The notes beneath the pieces are model-generated. The model was given only the letters and a program-made list of their open reading frames with translations, did not search any database and had not been told where the DNA came from. 64,000 nucleotides of DNA from Phoronis australis (lineage: Eukaryota; Animalia; Phoronida): NCBI GenBank assembly GCA_002633005.1, contig NMRA01000017.1:937482-1001481 (forward strand), in the 5' to 3' direction. Below are positions 26,414 to 41,400 of this stretch, piece after piece. Each line of letters opens with the position of its first letter. Position 1 is the stretch's first letter. The translations under genes and the position numbers were made by a program.

Positions 26414-29400
26414 TCAAGAATTCTGTGACAGCAAAGTAGACACGTGAATTTTGCCGTCCATAGCACCGGTCAGACATATTTTAGTATCCACTGAGGGTGA
26501 CCAGTCCACACTGACCACTGGTGTCTTGTGACCTCTCAACAGCATGGTCCTCTCAAGGGAGCCAACATTGGTCTGCAAACAAACAACAACTCTTAGATCT
26601 GTTTCAAACGGTTACTTGTGACTGCAGGGCTGTGACCCCCGGCTTCTTGCACTCATGGTAGTCTCAAATTAAAGGTCTTTGCGCCCTCTTAACAATTCAA
26701 AGCAACATGTATACCATTTACCACCAGTTCTGACATTGGGAGATTGGACAAATCCTTTAATTTGTTAAAGACCAAATACAACCTTTTCACCAAGCTTGTC
26801 ACCCTAATGATGTTCAATGAAATGCAAAGTCCATTAATCAAAATTTCGTTTTGATGTAAAACGCAATGTATCAAATTATGTAACGGCACTGATGAAAAAG
26901 TTTACAATAAAGATTCCTCAAATTTGATAAGCAATAATGCCAAAATTGCCATTTTTGCAATTTTCAACATGTGCTCACTGGATTGGCAAAAATGGTCAAA
27001 ATTTCATTCACTGTTTATGACGCCTGTACCATATAAAGTTTTCACATAAAGTAAAATTGTCATCATGTTTGCTCTTGTTGAAAATTTTGACAAAATAAAA
27101 TTTAACTGTTCTGTCACTTTGCGGGTTCTAGCTTGAACAAACTTTACTGTAATTACATTATCCAAATTCCTCATTTTTGACTCCCAGAGTGCTTACCTTG
27201 TAAATAACGCCTCCTTGTGGTGAGCATGTCAAGACATAGCTACCCTCAGCATCAAACGCAAAGACTTTACCCCTGGGTGTGTGCACCTGTTTATAGCCTC
27301 CATAACCCTGCGTGGTGAATGGACCCACAGCATTCTTGTGAAGTTGGAGGTCAGCCATCTTTGTACCCATACGGTGTACACTCCACTGGTGGAACTGTAG
27401 GGGAGGGAGTGTTGTGAGACATGACAGCCAGGAAGAACCAGAATCAATATATAAGGAGACCCCAATAAGATTATTTGGTTCCACTATGCAGTCACTACTG
27501 AGGTGAAATTCAATTGCTGATCTAACACACCTAGAATATTCCATTCTGGGAGGCTTATTTGTTACAGCCCTGGGAAAAAATGCCATCTCACTCACTAAAT
27601 GCAACTGTTCCAAACGTTTTTTTAATCAGTGACAAGATTTAATGCTACCTAGATAATCTTCTGATAGTTTTATAACTTTTAAAACAACTAATTCGTGAAA
27701 AATGAACACAAGATTGGACCTTTGACCTTGCCCTGCAGTATCAAAATAGACAAGGGATCCTTCAGAATATGAGCAAACACAGTCAAGGAGGATATTAGGT
27801 AACTTATAAACAATGTGCGGACTTTGTATGCTTTAGTGGAGTTGCGTTCTTGATGTGTAAACTATTGTAATGTCAATTATATAGTGTACATTAAGTCCAA
27901 ATGGTGATATTCTGGCACATACCTTGTTGTCCGTTCCCAGGCTGAACAGTGAATTCTCATCAAAACTGAACTGCACAGATAGCACCTCATCAGAATGTGC
28001 TTGCCAACTGGCAATACACTCATGACGTTGAATATCTAAATAAGAACACGTCAGCAAAAACAGTCTTAGAAGTTGGTGAAAGTCCCAATACTAGTGTGAT
28101 AATTCTCCACTTATTTAGAACACAATATGGCCAAGAAGTCAACCTTTATTTTGCCAAATTTCTCCAGAAAATCAATGTTAAAAAAATCAGTCTATTGCTA
28201 GTAAGGTTTGTACTGTATAAACCACATAAAATATTAATTGTTGAAGTTTCCATTCTCTGCAGTAAGGTAATCAAAAAAACTGGAAAACGACTATTTTGGC
28301 AATGTTTGCATGTAAAAAAGTGAAGAATTTTCATATCACTGTTTACATGACTTGTATAAAACAATGGAACACAAAAGTCTGTACCCAACAATAGTACTTT
28401 TACTACATTTTACTCAAACCAGTGGATAGAAAAAAACATGTATTTGATCAAGCCTGGAAAGGATACCAAAGACCATGTCAGGCAAAAGAAAAAGCCAAGT
28501 CTGCTCATAAAAAATTCTGAAAGAAGACATTTGCAAAAGTAAGAAACAATCATGTCACAGCAACTTAACACAACATTCATGACATTTCTTCATGGACATC
28601 ACTTAGTATAATGTCAGCAGTTATACTAATTGCTAACTAAGTCAAAAACTTTATACATTTTTCTGATTTTGAATAATTCCTAAGCTATTTGAAGTAGCGT
28701 TATGGTCTATTTTCTTGAATTTTCTTTCAAAGTCCGTCATTGAAATTGCCCCGACATAAACATATGTGATAAATTTTGCTAGAAATTATTGGGTTCGAAA
28801 GTGGGTCTGGGTTTACGGTAAAAAATTCTAAAGTTTGGGACAATCTCTAAAATTTGGGACAATGAAATTCCAGCCGAAATTTTTTGATTTTCTCGATTCT
28901 GAAGATTGGGACACGGATAATTCTGACATTCAGCCTTTTTTTCAAATATGGGACACTGTGTTTTGTATTGATCAGAATCGGAAAATAAACTTGGGAGTTC
29001 ATAAAATCATCAAAAATAGCCGCTGATACGACATGTGACATGGAGGTGAATGATCACTTGTCGTTGCCAGTAATTCTTGAAATTGGAACAGCCAATATTA
29101 GTGATTTCTAAAATTTGGTAGAAGCTCTGACTTTGAGAGAAATAATCAATTTTTCGCTGTCCCAAACTGGAGAATTTTTACCGTAATCAAGTTCATCAAA
29201 CTTACCGAACATCCTTATGAAGCCATCAGTTCCTCCAGCCACCAACAGGTGGCCATTATGATTGAATGACGTGCAGTTGATAGCGACACCAGAAGAAGTC
29301 AATGGAAGTTTGCGCTGAAGTAGAGAAAAGAAATCAATGCATCTTATAATTATAGAATAAGTTTACGCAGTACTTTATCTACAACAGTGTATTTAGCCAC

Positions 29401-32400
29401 ATATGTACAAGACTATTAGATTTTAACTCTGTCAGTGAAAGTCCATATTTTGTGAACTAAATAAACAGCTTGCCATTGGGTCACGTGACTGTTTTTTTAT
29501 TAGCAAAAAAAAAGAAAAGCAGTCATTCATAGCAAAACAACAGTATCAAATATTTCAATTAAATGTTCAAAATGAAATCTCACCAACACTGTTACTGTAA
29601 CAGTTTTTCCAATTGCGTGTCATTCCGTTTTCCTTTTATGCATGTTTTGATTTTCTTTGTAAAATAAGTCCTATCTTCGTTACTAGCCCTTTATGTAAAA
29701 GTAGAAGATTTTGAAAACAATTCTAAACAGCGTTTTGGAGAACAGTGCGTAAATCTTATCTGAAATTTTTATATGAATCTGATCAGTCATTTCTGAGACA
29801 CGATGTTTCCAATTTAGCCAAATTTGGGCTAGGATCCTACATGATATTAAGATGATGTGTTTTTACCACAACTGTGAAAATGATTGTTTAGACTTGCCAA
29901 ATGAAAGAATGGATTAAAACCAAAAATAAAGTGCATTACTTTTACCAAGCACTTGCCCATTATAGTCAAAATAAATTTCACGACAATGAACCTAAACTAA
30001 ATGTACGAGACATACTTGTGTTCTGTTTGTGACATCACACCACCAGATGGCATAGTGAATAAAACATGAGAGTTACACCCGGTTACTTATCAGATGCATC
30101 ATGTTCAAACCTTCTCTCACATCAGTTTCTTGTGTTTAAGACAATAAAAACACCAGTAGATTCCTAGCCTCTTTGAAATTAATTTCAGCTTGTGAGGTTG
30201 TAAGTCCAACTTTAATTAAAACAGCGCAGATGATCAAGGTCACATGCTCACTTCAACTTGCATGGATTTGATATCCCACATGGACAGGAAGCCGATCAGA
30301 TTCTGCTGAGCGCGACCCGCCGCTGAGCAGACAAATTTGAGACCCTGAGGACTGCTGTTTATGGACACAATCCTGTTAAAGTAAATAAAAATCAGTTGCT
30401 TATAAAAGTCAACACAAAAAGTGCTAATTGTAAAAATAAGAAATTTCAAATGCAAACTGTTATAATATAATTAAGGAGTGTATGAATTTAAAACCCCTAT
30501 TACTATGTGTCACTAAATCTATATTATGACCACCAATAATGACAATATGTACACCTAATTATTCAAAGAAAAATTTTATGACTATTGGTGTATCGGCTTT
30601 GCTAAAGACATTATTGTACTTAGCAACTTGTTCTGTCATACAATGACTATGATTTTGGTCATTACACTGGCTTGCAGACTATGAATGACAACTTATGGCT
30701 TTTGGAGTCTGAAACAAGACAGCAAACAATGAAGGACAAAAAGACAGTCTTGTTACCAAGCCTAGCAAACTATTCATATTGCCAACATGAAACGTAGTAT
30801 AGGGACTAGAGTAGTTACCTATCGGCCACCTGTCTATGTTTGCGGGCCTAGCTTTCGGACCCGTCCTGGGCACAAACATGTTGTCGATAGGTAACTATTC
30901 TATTCTATTCCCTATACATGTACGTAATGGTGCCAGCTATGAACATTCATTCTTATCATAAAACATAGTATTATGCTACATATTTCACAATAATAATCAC
31001 GGACCTGGGAAAAGCTGGATCAGACTGTGACTCATATATTGTTCTCTTTTCTTGAACATCAAATAATTTAATAAAGCCTGCCTTGTTTCCGAGTAGTATC
31101 TGTAAAACAGTGGTTGAAAAACAAGTCTAGAATTAAACAACATACCATGCTGCTGAAAATATTAACATCTGAGGAAATGCTCTAAAACTTTAAAAGATAG
31201 CAGAGGGTTGCATACTTCAGGTATCTCCCATATCATAACCAGAACGAGCTTTAAAGCTGCATTTCTTCCTGTTTAACAGGCTACAACCGGAAATCAAATT
31301 GGGCCTTTTGTCATCATAATGTTTCTTACTATGACGAGGTTCTATTTACAGTATAACCTCAAGTAACAGGCAATGCGGACATGACTGTGACTTGAATTGC
31401 TAACAGAAATGTAATCCTAGTAGTCAGAATTATGATGGGACAAACTTTAAGAGAGTATAAGGCTTAATTGTATTTTCAGTTTTTAGCAAGTAGCAAAATG
31501 TGGTTTTCACTAGAACCCTTTCCTTTGGAGCTTCAATGAAAGCTTTTAAATAAAAGAAAATGGCAAAATCCCCATCAGACTATGATATGATACCTTGGAC
31601 ACATAACTGTTTCAATTCAAAAATTACAACAATGGTAATAACAGTGTAATAACAATATCAAATGTAGAAGTTTACTTTTCATATGTAGTAGTAACAACTA
31701 AAATGAATTTCCCTCATGCTTTTCCTGGTCATCTGCCATGTTCTACAGGTGGTACAGTACATGACAAAAGTAATCTGACTGAAAATTCATTTCTCCTGTC
31801 ATGACGCCTAATTCAGAATCCGTTAAGAGTAATAATTACTAGTAATAACAATTCAACCTTTGTTATAAAACTTTCTGTTAATTCCTTTTCATGCTCAGTC
31901 AAAAGAGAAGACTAAACTGATGAATTCAACCATCAGGACGCGGAATTGCGGGTCATTTTGTCTGACTTTTTACTTTTGGTTTGTACTGTACTGTACTGTA
32001 CTTGTGTACGAAATTCTGTAAGCTTTTTTATAAGTTTTCTGTTCAGTGATTACATCCTGAATGAGAAAACTGCCATCTACAGTACAAGCTGAAAGTATTC
32101 AAACACAATGACCCGCAATTCCCCGTCATGAAGATTGGGCAGAAGCTAAATTATTAAGAAAGAAGGGACATTAAAAGGACACTCAGTTAGTAAGCTGACT
32201 AAGCCATTCTGTAATTAGAATTTTCACGCCGCCCGAATAGTAATATCCGGTCATTTTTTCCATTAACAAAGTTGACCATAGTGACAGTTAATCAGTATTT
32301 TGTTTGATTACTTTTGTTTTGCAATAAATAACCACAACTATCACAGTAATTTACCATTCTGTCTTGTCGACTAGCCCAGTCTAAAGCAGTGAATGCAGAT

Positions 32401-35400
32401 TTTGACATTATAGTGGCCACTGTAGTTGGACTTGGCTGCATAGCCCAGATTCTGAAAGCCAAAAATAAGTTGGAAAATCACATCTGCTACAACTTACGTA
32501 ATAAATGTTACTTTGAGAATAAGAAATGAGAAGCATTTCATTTAATAGACTAAGTCTTCTCCACACTTAAACGGACATTCAGTTTTAATTATAATGAAAA
32601 CAGACATACAAGCTGCCCCAACAAAGGACATGTATTTATGGTACCAATGTTTGATCAAGACATGTTTTTGATACCATAGTCTTGCTATCAATGTACCTTA
32701 AGTATTTGCTCTAAATTTTACTACCACGACATGGTCATGTGACTCAGTAAATGGCAGACTTATAAAATGTTAAAATCTTACTTTACAACGCCGTCAACAT
32801 CTGAACTGGCAATATGGCCGCCAGTCTGACTGAAACGACAGTGAGTAATGGTTGAGTGATGCTCGACGAACTCTTCCTGTAAGTAAACAGCAAACAATTT
32901 CATAAAAATGTAACAATATTATACCAATAATATATCAGCATTTCACATTGTGACAGACACAGTGTGAAATACTTGTATTTGAAACAACATAATTATAAAA
33001 TCGTTTAAATTTATAATTGCTGCTATTTTGCAGTAATGCAGTTCACGAATTAACAAATTTTAAAGAAAATTATCAAGGCCGTAAATTAAACTATGAATTA
33101 CAAAAGACACAAAATAAGACAAAAACTTAATAAATTTTGCTGGGGAGCGGGAAAGCAATTCAACTTTGTTTGCGTTTATTGCATTAAAGTTAAACTTTTA
33201 TGTTAAATATCTTTAATCGGATTAAGGGCTGTTCCAGCAAAATCTGTATGGGAGGGGGGGACGGCAGTAGAAATAAAAATTCGTGGGTGGTGGTCTTCAG
33301 AAAAAAACTCAAATTATGGGTGGTCGTTCTTGTAAGAAGTGAAGCATTAAAACTGGCCCTATTTATTTTTTGACCTGTAAATGTTGACAGTTTGGTACTT
33401 GCAGCCAAACACATCTCAAAAGAAATCAAAACTCACCAAAAATTCAGTTAACAAATACTCAAACATATCCCAAGGCAAAAACCAAACCCATGCGGCTGGT
33501 GTACAGAGTGCAATATGAATACCATACCATTACTCAAGTGATGGGCAACTCGATTACAATCATGTTGTACTGCACTCATATTACAATGAAAAATTCTGCA
33601 ACACTAAACTGGTGTTAACACAAGAAAATTGAGGATTTTTAAATAGAAAGTATGAGGAGTAAGATAGACAAGTTCCAATATGAAATTGAAAAAATCTATT
33701 ACAGAGACACATGGTGAACAGAGACACCTTATGGCTACCAAAAGTATTGCTCTCAGATGTCTTTGAAAAGCAAGTATCTGGTAACTGAATGAGTTGTGAT
33801 CTCACATGGAATATTTCTGCACCCCCAAAAACTTTGTGGTCCATCCATGTGTCAATATCATTTCTTGTCCATCAATTATCTCAATAATCGCTAGGCGAAT
33901 CATGATGAAATTTGGTATAGAGGTACTTGGCAAGGATGCGCCTGCACCAGTCGATTTCTGGGTGAATTTGGCAACCTTGGTACCCCATGTTGGCCGCTTT
34001 AGTTTTCGACAAGCCATTCCTTGTATGCTGATTATCTCAAAAACAGCTTCACCGATCACAATGAAATTTGAAATAGAAGTATATCGCAAGAATGTGCTGG
34101 CACCAGTCAATTTTTGGATGCTGGATTCAACTACTGTCACAGTGGCACCCCGTTAGTTTTTTACAAAACAGGTTCATTATCTCAAAAAGTGCTAGGCACA
34201 ACTGAAAGTTTGACACAAAAATATGTAGCAGGGATGGACGCATTGACAGAAGTCAACAAAGATACACCAGGCAACACACAATGAGTATCCCTTTGATGAT
34301 GTCATAGCCAATGCTTCTGACCTCTGCTTTTGTGAAGGGTCTTAAACTAAGTTCACTGTGATCAAAATTCAATGTTTTTAACCATTTAATTGTTACTTTA
34401 AAAACTTACACAAAAGCAAACAGTCGTTTGCCTGAGCAATAATGTTATTTAGTCTAATCAAGAAGTTTCACAACCAGTGATAGTTAAGAGATACCTGTCC
34501 AATAAGGAGGAATGTTATATCGTCATTATCATCAGATAGCGAGTCCCTTAAGGGGTCGTTGTCAGCAGTAGTGAGTGGAGAAGAGGTGCGACGAGGTCCT
34601 GGAACAGGGTCAGATAAGCTGGGTCTTGGCGGAGTAGATTCAGAGCTGATTCTTTTGGTTCTGGAAGGCGAATTCTTCTGCAAATTGCAAATGTTAAGCA
34701 TTAGCAGAGCAAAGAAGGATTTTATGAAAAAGTGCAGAGTAGCGGCAGAAATTGATGACCCATACTGCCGCCTAAATTTCTAGAGGGCATGTTGAAATGT
34801 TCAGTTACGGCTCTAAAGTAAGCTTTAAAAACATTTGAAGGCTGTGTACGGCCCTAGAAAATTTTCCAAACTTGGCTAAGTTCGGAACATTATCCACAAG
34901 AAGCAACTGATTCGATTCAGAATTTTCAGCAACTATAATCATTTGTGCACTGTTCTCCAAAGAGATGTTAGGAATTATTTTAAAGTGTTCCACTTTTGAA
35001 TGAGGGGATATTGAAAACAGAATGAAAGAAATTTACATTAAACGAAAATGAAATATTTTAGAAAACTGTCATGTCCATGGTTTTTGATCTGCTTAAGGAA
35101 CAAATTGAAACATTTGATTGCATAATACAGTTATCTCCACAAACTATCACGCACAAAGCTGTTTGTAACTCTGACAATCAAAATTTTAAATTTAATTGCA
35201 CCTCTGGTCATTTAAGAAGGCGCAATATTATAAAGTGTAACGCATTACCGCTGTGACTCCTTTCTCCTCCTGTAAGCTTTCAGTAGGGCCGGCTATAGCG
35301 GACTGGACTCTCCTGTATGAAGGAGGAGTCTGGGCAGTTTGATTGACAGACACGGAACTACTTCCTTCAGGCTGGGGGAAAAGAGAAAATGCACACTAAG

Positions 35401-38400
35401 TAAAAGCGATAGATCAGAATATACAGATTACTCCAGGATCCGAGATTTAATTGTGTTATTCAAAATGAAACTTGAGATTGTTTTCGGCATTTTCTGTCCT
35501 ACTTTTGTGCGAAGTCAACATATCTGTCTATTATTCTGCCTTGAGTACATGAGTTTCTAGTCCAAGGTCGCACTTGATGACCCTAGATTCGAGCAACAAA
35601 CCCGAGTAAAAACTCTAAATTTGAAGTTCAGACTCAAACTTTTAGACCCAATGCTTAGGTCACCAAGTGCAGAATAGAATTAGATCATTATTCCTGAAAG
35701 CCATATGATTATGTATAAGCAAGCTTAGACTAGGACACAAGTCATGTATTTTGAGTTTGCACAAATGCAAACAGAAAATGCCAAAAATAATCTCGAGTTC
35801 GATTTCGAGTAAAAAACAGACCTCGGCCCAGAAGAAAATATTAACTGTCAACCAAAATTCAGATAAAACCAAATACTAATAAAGTAACTATCGGAAGACT
35901 ATGAATATGAAGCTTTCTGGCTATCATTTTTTCTATTTATAACGGCAACAGATATTCGTTATTCATAATTATGTTTTTCATATTATCCCAACTTAAATTT
36001 GGTCTCTGTAAGCTACATGCCGCCTTCAGTATACTAGAGTTATCAACCGATTAACATTGAGAAAAGAGTATTTTACCAACTTCAAATTATTAGTACATCC
36101 AAATACAACCAGGTGGCAGCACAGATCCCCAGTCCAAGGCGATTAATCAGGAATGTTTTCCAGGTTTTAAGTCTCTCACTAAACCTCACAACACGTAGAG
36201 CTATAACAAAATACTTCCGAGTCAATAGTCTGACTTATGAAGCAAAGCTTTTACAATAGTGGGCCAGTTCCACATCCTGATGAAAGTCATTGATAATCCA
36301 AGCATTACCTTTTCACGTGCAATTCGCTCATCACGACCCAACAGTTCTCTTCTGTTGCGCTCATTTTCCTCGCTCGAGCGAAGTTTAATAGGAATGCTAG
36401 GAGCAGTGACCTGGTCACTTTGTGACATCTGGCCATTGTCCACTGGATACGACAAAACGGTCATTATAGGCTGAGAGGTAGTTGGTTTCAGTTTCTTTTC
36501 TTTGGCTGAGGCGTCCTAAAAACATGATGATATTCTTAGAAAGCAGTCCTCATATTTCAAACCTCACCACATAGTACTTTGTTTTTCATTTCAGCATACA
36601 GTAAAACCAAATGTAGACAAAATGACGCAAAATTTCGTGCCATGGCAGCCGGGTGGAAGTAAAACTCATCATCAGACCAGTCTTCCCTCATCAATGGAAG
36701 AGAACGGGAATTATCAGCGTATGAAAATTAGAAACTAAAGTGGTCAAGTCATTCTGTAATTAAAGTTACTACCAGTCATTTCTGTTGTGTCTGATTACAT
36801 TAACTTTGTTAATATGTAATGTATCTGACTGTTATGTATTGTATCCGACTGTCATGTAGTGTACTTGATTGTCACGTAGTGAACCTGACTGTTAAGAAGC
36901 GTACCTGAGTGTTATGTAGTGTACCCAACCGTCATGTAGAGAACCTGATAACTTTCACCTCAAAACTGATCACAAACACAGTCACACACTTCAACACTAG
37001 CACACATAAACTGAATCAGAACAGAATTACGCAAGAACAGAATTACTGTTACTTCTGCAAGTTTTGCCAAATTGAATGTAGATCCTTTTTCTAAACTCTA
37101 GTATGTGTTACAAGTTTTCTAGTAGATTTCAATTGATAGCCAAGACGTCGGCTGTGAATATGATATGTGGCCAATATTAAATATTAAATTAACAACTGAT
37201 TGGTCTCCTGCTTGGCCTACTATATTGTTTTCCCATCTAATGTCACATTTGCATTATCTGGGAAGCATCCTCTACCAATACCAGTGGTGGATTTAGGGGG
37301 GAGGCCAAGGGGACCATGGCCCCCCTTAAAATTTAAAATTCTACCAGATACCATTTGGGAGTTTGGGTGTGCGCAAGCAGCGGCTCGTCGGGAGGTGAAT
37401 AAACAATGCATAGACCCTGAGCAAACTGAACATACCCCATTTACCGTTTTTTTTAGTCATCAGTTCCGCAACCCCAAACATTCGAGGCCTCTGCGTCCCC
37501 ACATTTTAGGCTGGGCGCGCGCATCTGCCGAAATTCTAGTTATTCCCGTGCCCTAGCCCCCCCCTAATTCAAAATCCTGGATCCGGCCCTGAATACAGGT
37601 CCAAAACATGCTTGTACATAGGCAATTGGTCTTTCATACCAAAGTGTACACGCTGGGGACTGAGACATCCCAAGAATTTGTTCCCAAGATGCAGTTAGTT
37701 TCATTACTCTAATACAATTGTTTAAAAGCTGAATACATTTGGTGTTAGCATATTAATGAAAATAAGTCTTTATCTCATTACCTTCTAGCTCGCTGACACT
37801 CGGTGCATGCAGAAAGACTGAAAGCCCTTCCATTTTTTTTATTATTTTTCACACAATCATTCAGTCTTACCACATATTTCTGCTTGGAGGCATCCGCTTT
37901 AGAAGCAGACATTTTCTTATTCATTCCAATGGGTGCCAAGCGTTTAGGTAACTCTTTCAGAACAGTTTTCAAGTTCGTCTTATTACTGTGGGTTGACTGG
38001 GATTCATCCGGGAGTGATGAATTTCTATAAAAATATTCATTGGCAAGATCAATAGTTTAGGAGCACGCTAGTCGCATGGTGACAAAACACTTAAAGTGAC
38101 ACTGAATCACCCACGTTCTGTCCAAGGTTTAAAATTGAAATTAGTTACAGCTGCAGTAAAATTGGTCTCGACGGCGTGATTTTTGGTCTTGCAAAAAAAC
38201 TGGCAGCTGGTTATTCCTTGAGACCATGCTCAGGGATAAAAATTAACAGATCGCGCTACAGGTTGATAAGTACAGAGTCTGACTTGTTTCAAGCCATTAA
38301 TGAACTATCAGTTATAGTCAAGACCAGGAATTGCACGTAATTAGTATTTTGACTTAGTAACAAATTGAGACCACATTCACAAGAGGTCTAAATCACAAGT

Positions 38401-41400
38401 TTGGTTTCGTGAAGGCAGGTTTATGGTGACTTTAAGATGTTTCTTTTGGATGAGGGGTTACATTCCCGATATGGATTTAACTTTTAGTTCAACTTACTGC
38501 AAATTTTTATCTGACACCATGCAGCATAAATATGGCAGACAACTGTAATTCTAGTTTATACAGTAAAGTGTACACAGTTAAAACTTCAAAATAGGAAATC
38601 AAGTTTTTTCTTCAGCACTATGGCCAAACCAAGTGTGCTCTCTTCCTCAGTGTAAAAATCAGAGAATATCGGATCCTAAAATCTCAGCAATGTAAGACAT
38701 CATGGCAGACAATTGAAAATGCATTTTTATCAGAGATTATTAGAGCAAACTAAATGCCCCATTATTATTAAGTTCTATATTTATAGCTACCATCAATGTC
38801 AGACAATATTTTGATACAGTTACTACAAAACAAACTTACTGTGAAATTACGTAGAAGTCGTCCATCATTTCAACACTAGGTGGTATGGCTGATGAAGTCT
38901 TACTATAACGTATGTCATCTCTCTTAGCTTCCAGGTCATGAGTCCTCAACAAGGCTTTGACCTAAACAACAGACATCAGTAACAAGAATCACCTGGGCTC
39001 TCTTTCATGAAAAGTGACTTATTTAAGACTTACAACAGAAGACTGGTCTAGCACTTCACAAAACTATTTCTGAAAAGTACTTAATCTTCCCTGAGAGCAA
39101 AAGTGCAAAGTCTCTGAGAGTATACACATAACTGCGAGTTACAGATGATTTCTATAAATTATTGATGCATTCATAATTACATGGCTAAACCTTTATTCTA
39201 CAACTAAGAAGAGGGAGCACAAGTTAGACCAAACTTTTATCTAACAACACTTCCATGAAGAAGGGAACCCCTGGGCATGAAACACGCAGAATATCAGTGT
39301 CCTGTCAAGAGTTTGGTAATCAATGTCTAAGCTTGTTTAAAATTCAAACGAAAATATTCACACTGCACTTAAGAAATGTGAATAAAATAAGCAAATAAAA
39401 ATTTAAATTTATGTCATGTTGCAATGTTCATATTCAGCTGTTACATTTAGCATGAGAATAGAAAACAGAATAGAAACAGTGTTCTATTGTATGATGTACC
39501 GGTAAAATATGTTTACGATTCTATAAACAGAGCTCTGGTGCAAATGTCTTCAAAGCAATGTTGTCACATTCTTATCTTTTCTCATTTGGATTGAAATCAG
39601 TTTCCATATGGGCACCTAGAATTCCCTTATTGGCCATACTGCTTTGGCGACTGAAAATTTCCATAGAAGTGAGCAACTTAATGACTGAGTGAAACAAATA
39701 GCAAACTATCAGTTATTCCCAAACCTAAAAATCAAATTCAAGGAACAAGACGTGACCAGATACCCTAGATGGTCTGTACACAAACAAAAGACATATTATT
39801 GCACCTTTTTAAATTACTATTTTTACAAACTTCCCATCTTGACTAGGGAGGAAAAATGTCAATATAACTAAATTCTAAATACACTTGACCAGCAGGAAGA
39901 ACAAGTGCTGCACCCTACCTGGGACTTGAACATTTCATTTTCATCCTCCAGCTTCTCAATAGTTTTGGCATCCTGCTCATAATGAAGTAAGGTAGGAACG
40001 GGTGACTTAGTTAAGAAAAGCAAGATATACAATAAAATGCAATGTCCCATGGGAGTGCTCTTGTCCCATAGGAGTGCCCTTGTCCCATGAGAGTACCCTT
40101 TGTCCAATGCAGTGTGGGTTTTAAAAAGCTAATGACAATTAATTAAAATATCATTTTGGGAAAATCTTTATTGAAATGAAATCACCATAACAAAAATTTG
40201 TAATTTTTAACTAAAATTCAATTGGCAAAAATTCAAACACTGAGAAATCTCATTTTAGTTGAGAATGCATTAAATGTGCATTTGTTACAATGCTGACAAT
40301 TTCCAGAAGGAGAAATGCATTCCACTTATCAAGCTGTTGCCAAAACGTAGCTCTTTAATAACTTTGTGAAAGGACCCAACGAAAGAAAATATTTCTGCCA
40401 AAATAGTTCTGAACAGTAATTGTGCCTCAAAATTGATTTCAATTATAACTGAAACATTTAAGACTGATACTGTTAAGTCTACACCTTCAATAACAGAAAC
40501 GCCAATTACAGCAAAAATTCTCAAGTTTGAGTCAAGTCTCTAGAATTTGGGACAAAGAAATTCGCACAAATATCAATTTTTCTTGCTTTTGGAATTTAGA
40601 GCAAGGGCGATTTTGGTGTTCACCACATTTCTCAAATTTCAGACAATTTGATTTCAAATGCATCAGCATTTATTGCAGTCTTTCCGATGGTTCTTCAATT
40701 TGGTACGGACATCATTGTCTATCTCCAGAATTTAGGACAATCACTGATCTGGAGCAATTAATCAATTTTTCCCTTAGTCCAAAATTGGACAATTTTAACT
40801 GTGCTTCCATGATCATATTGGCGTGGGGGGGAACCAGGCCCCCACTCAATGGGACAAAACAGTGAAATACAGGAATCTATAACACCCCAGGGTTCCGTTT
40901 CATGAAACAGACTTTTAAGTCACTTTCTGTCTTAATCTTAAAAGATTAAGACAGAAATTTGTCTTACACTTCCACTTCACTGTTGCTGAAGAAATGTTTA
41001 GCCAAGTTACTATGGAGCATCAAAGTCTAGAGATGTTTAGCCAAGTTACTATGGAGCATCATAGTCTAGAAATAATTTATAGAACGAATTATCTCAATAT
41101 TCAGTTCATTCTCGGACACTTCGTACTTTTGCTCAAGTGAGATATGATCATTCTTCAGAAACAGATGTGTGGAGCGTAAGACCAAATTTGTGACATGAGT
41201 CTCCATTTGTCCAAAATGCCTCACAGGTAACATGGACTGCAAATAATTAGTACTGGATGTCCATAATCTGTTGTTATCCACATGGCCATTTAATTAACAT
41301 TATGGCTAAGCTCACTTCTCAAATTTTAAATTTTCATCAATCTATGCAATGTTCTTTATTCTCAACTTACAACAGTTATGTACGGTACTCGTTTAAATTG

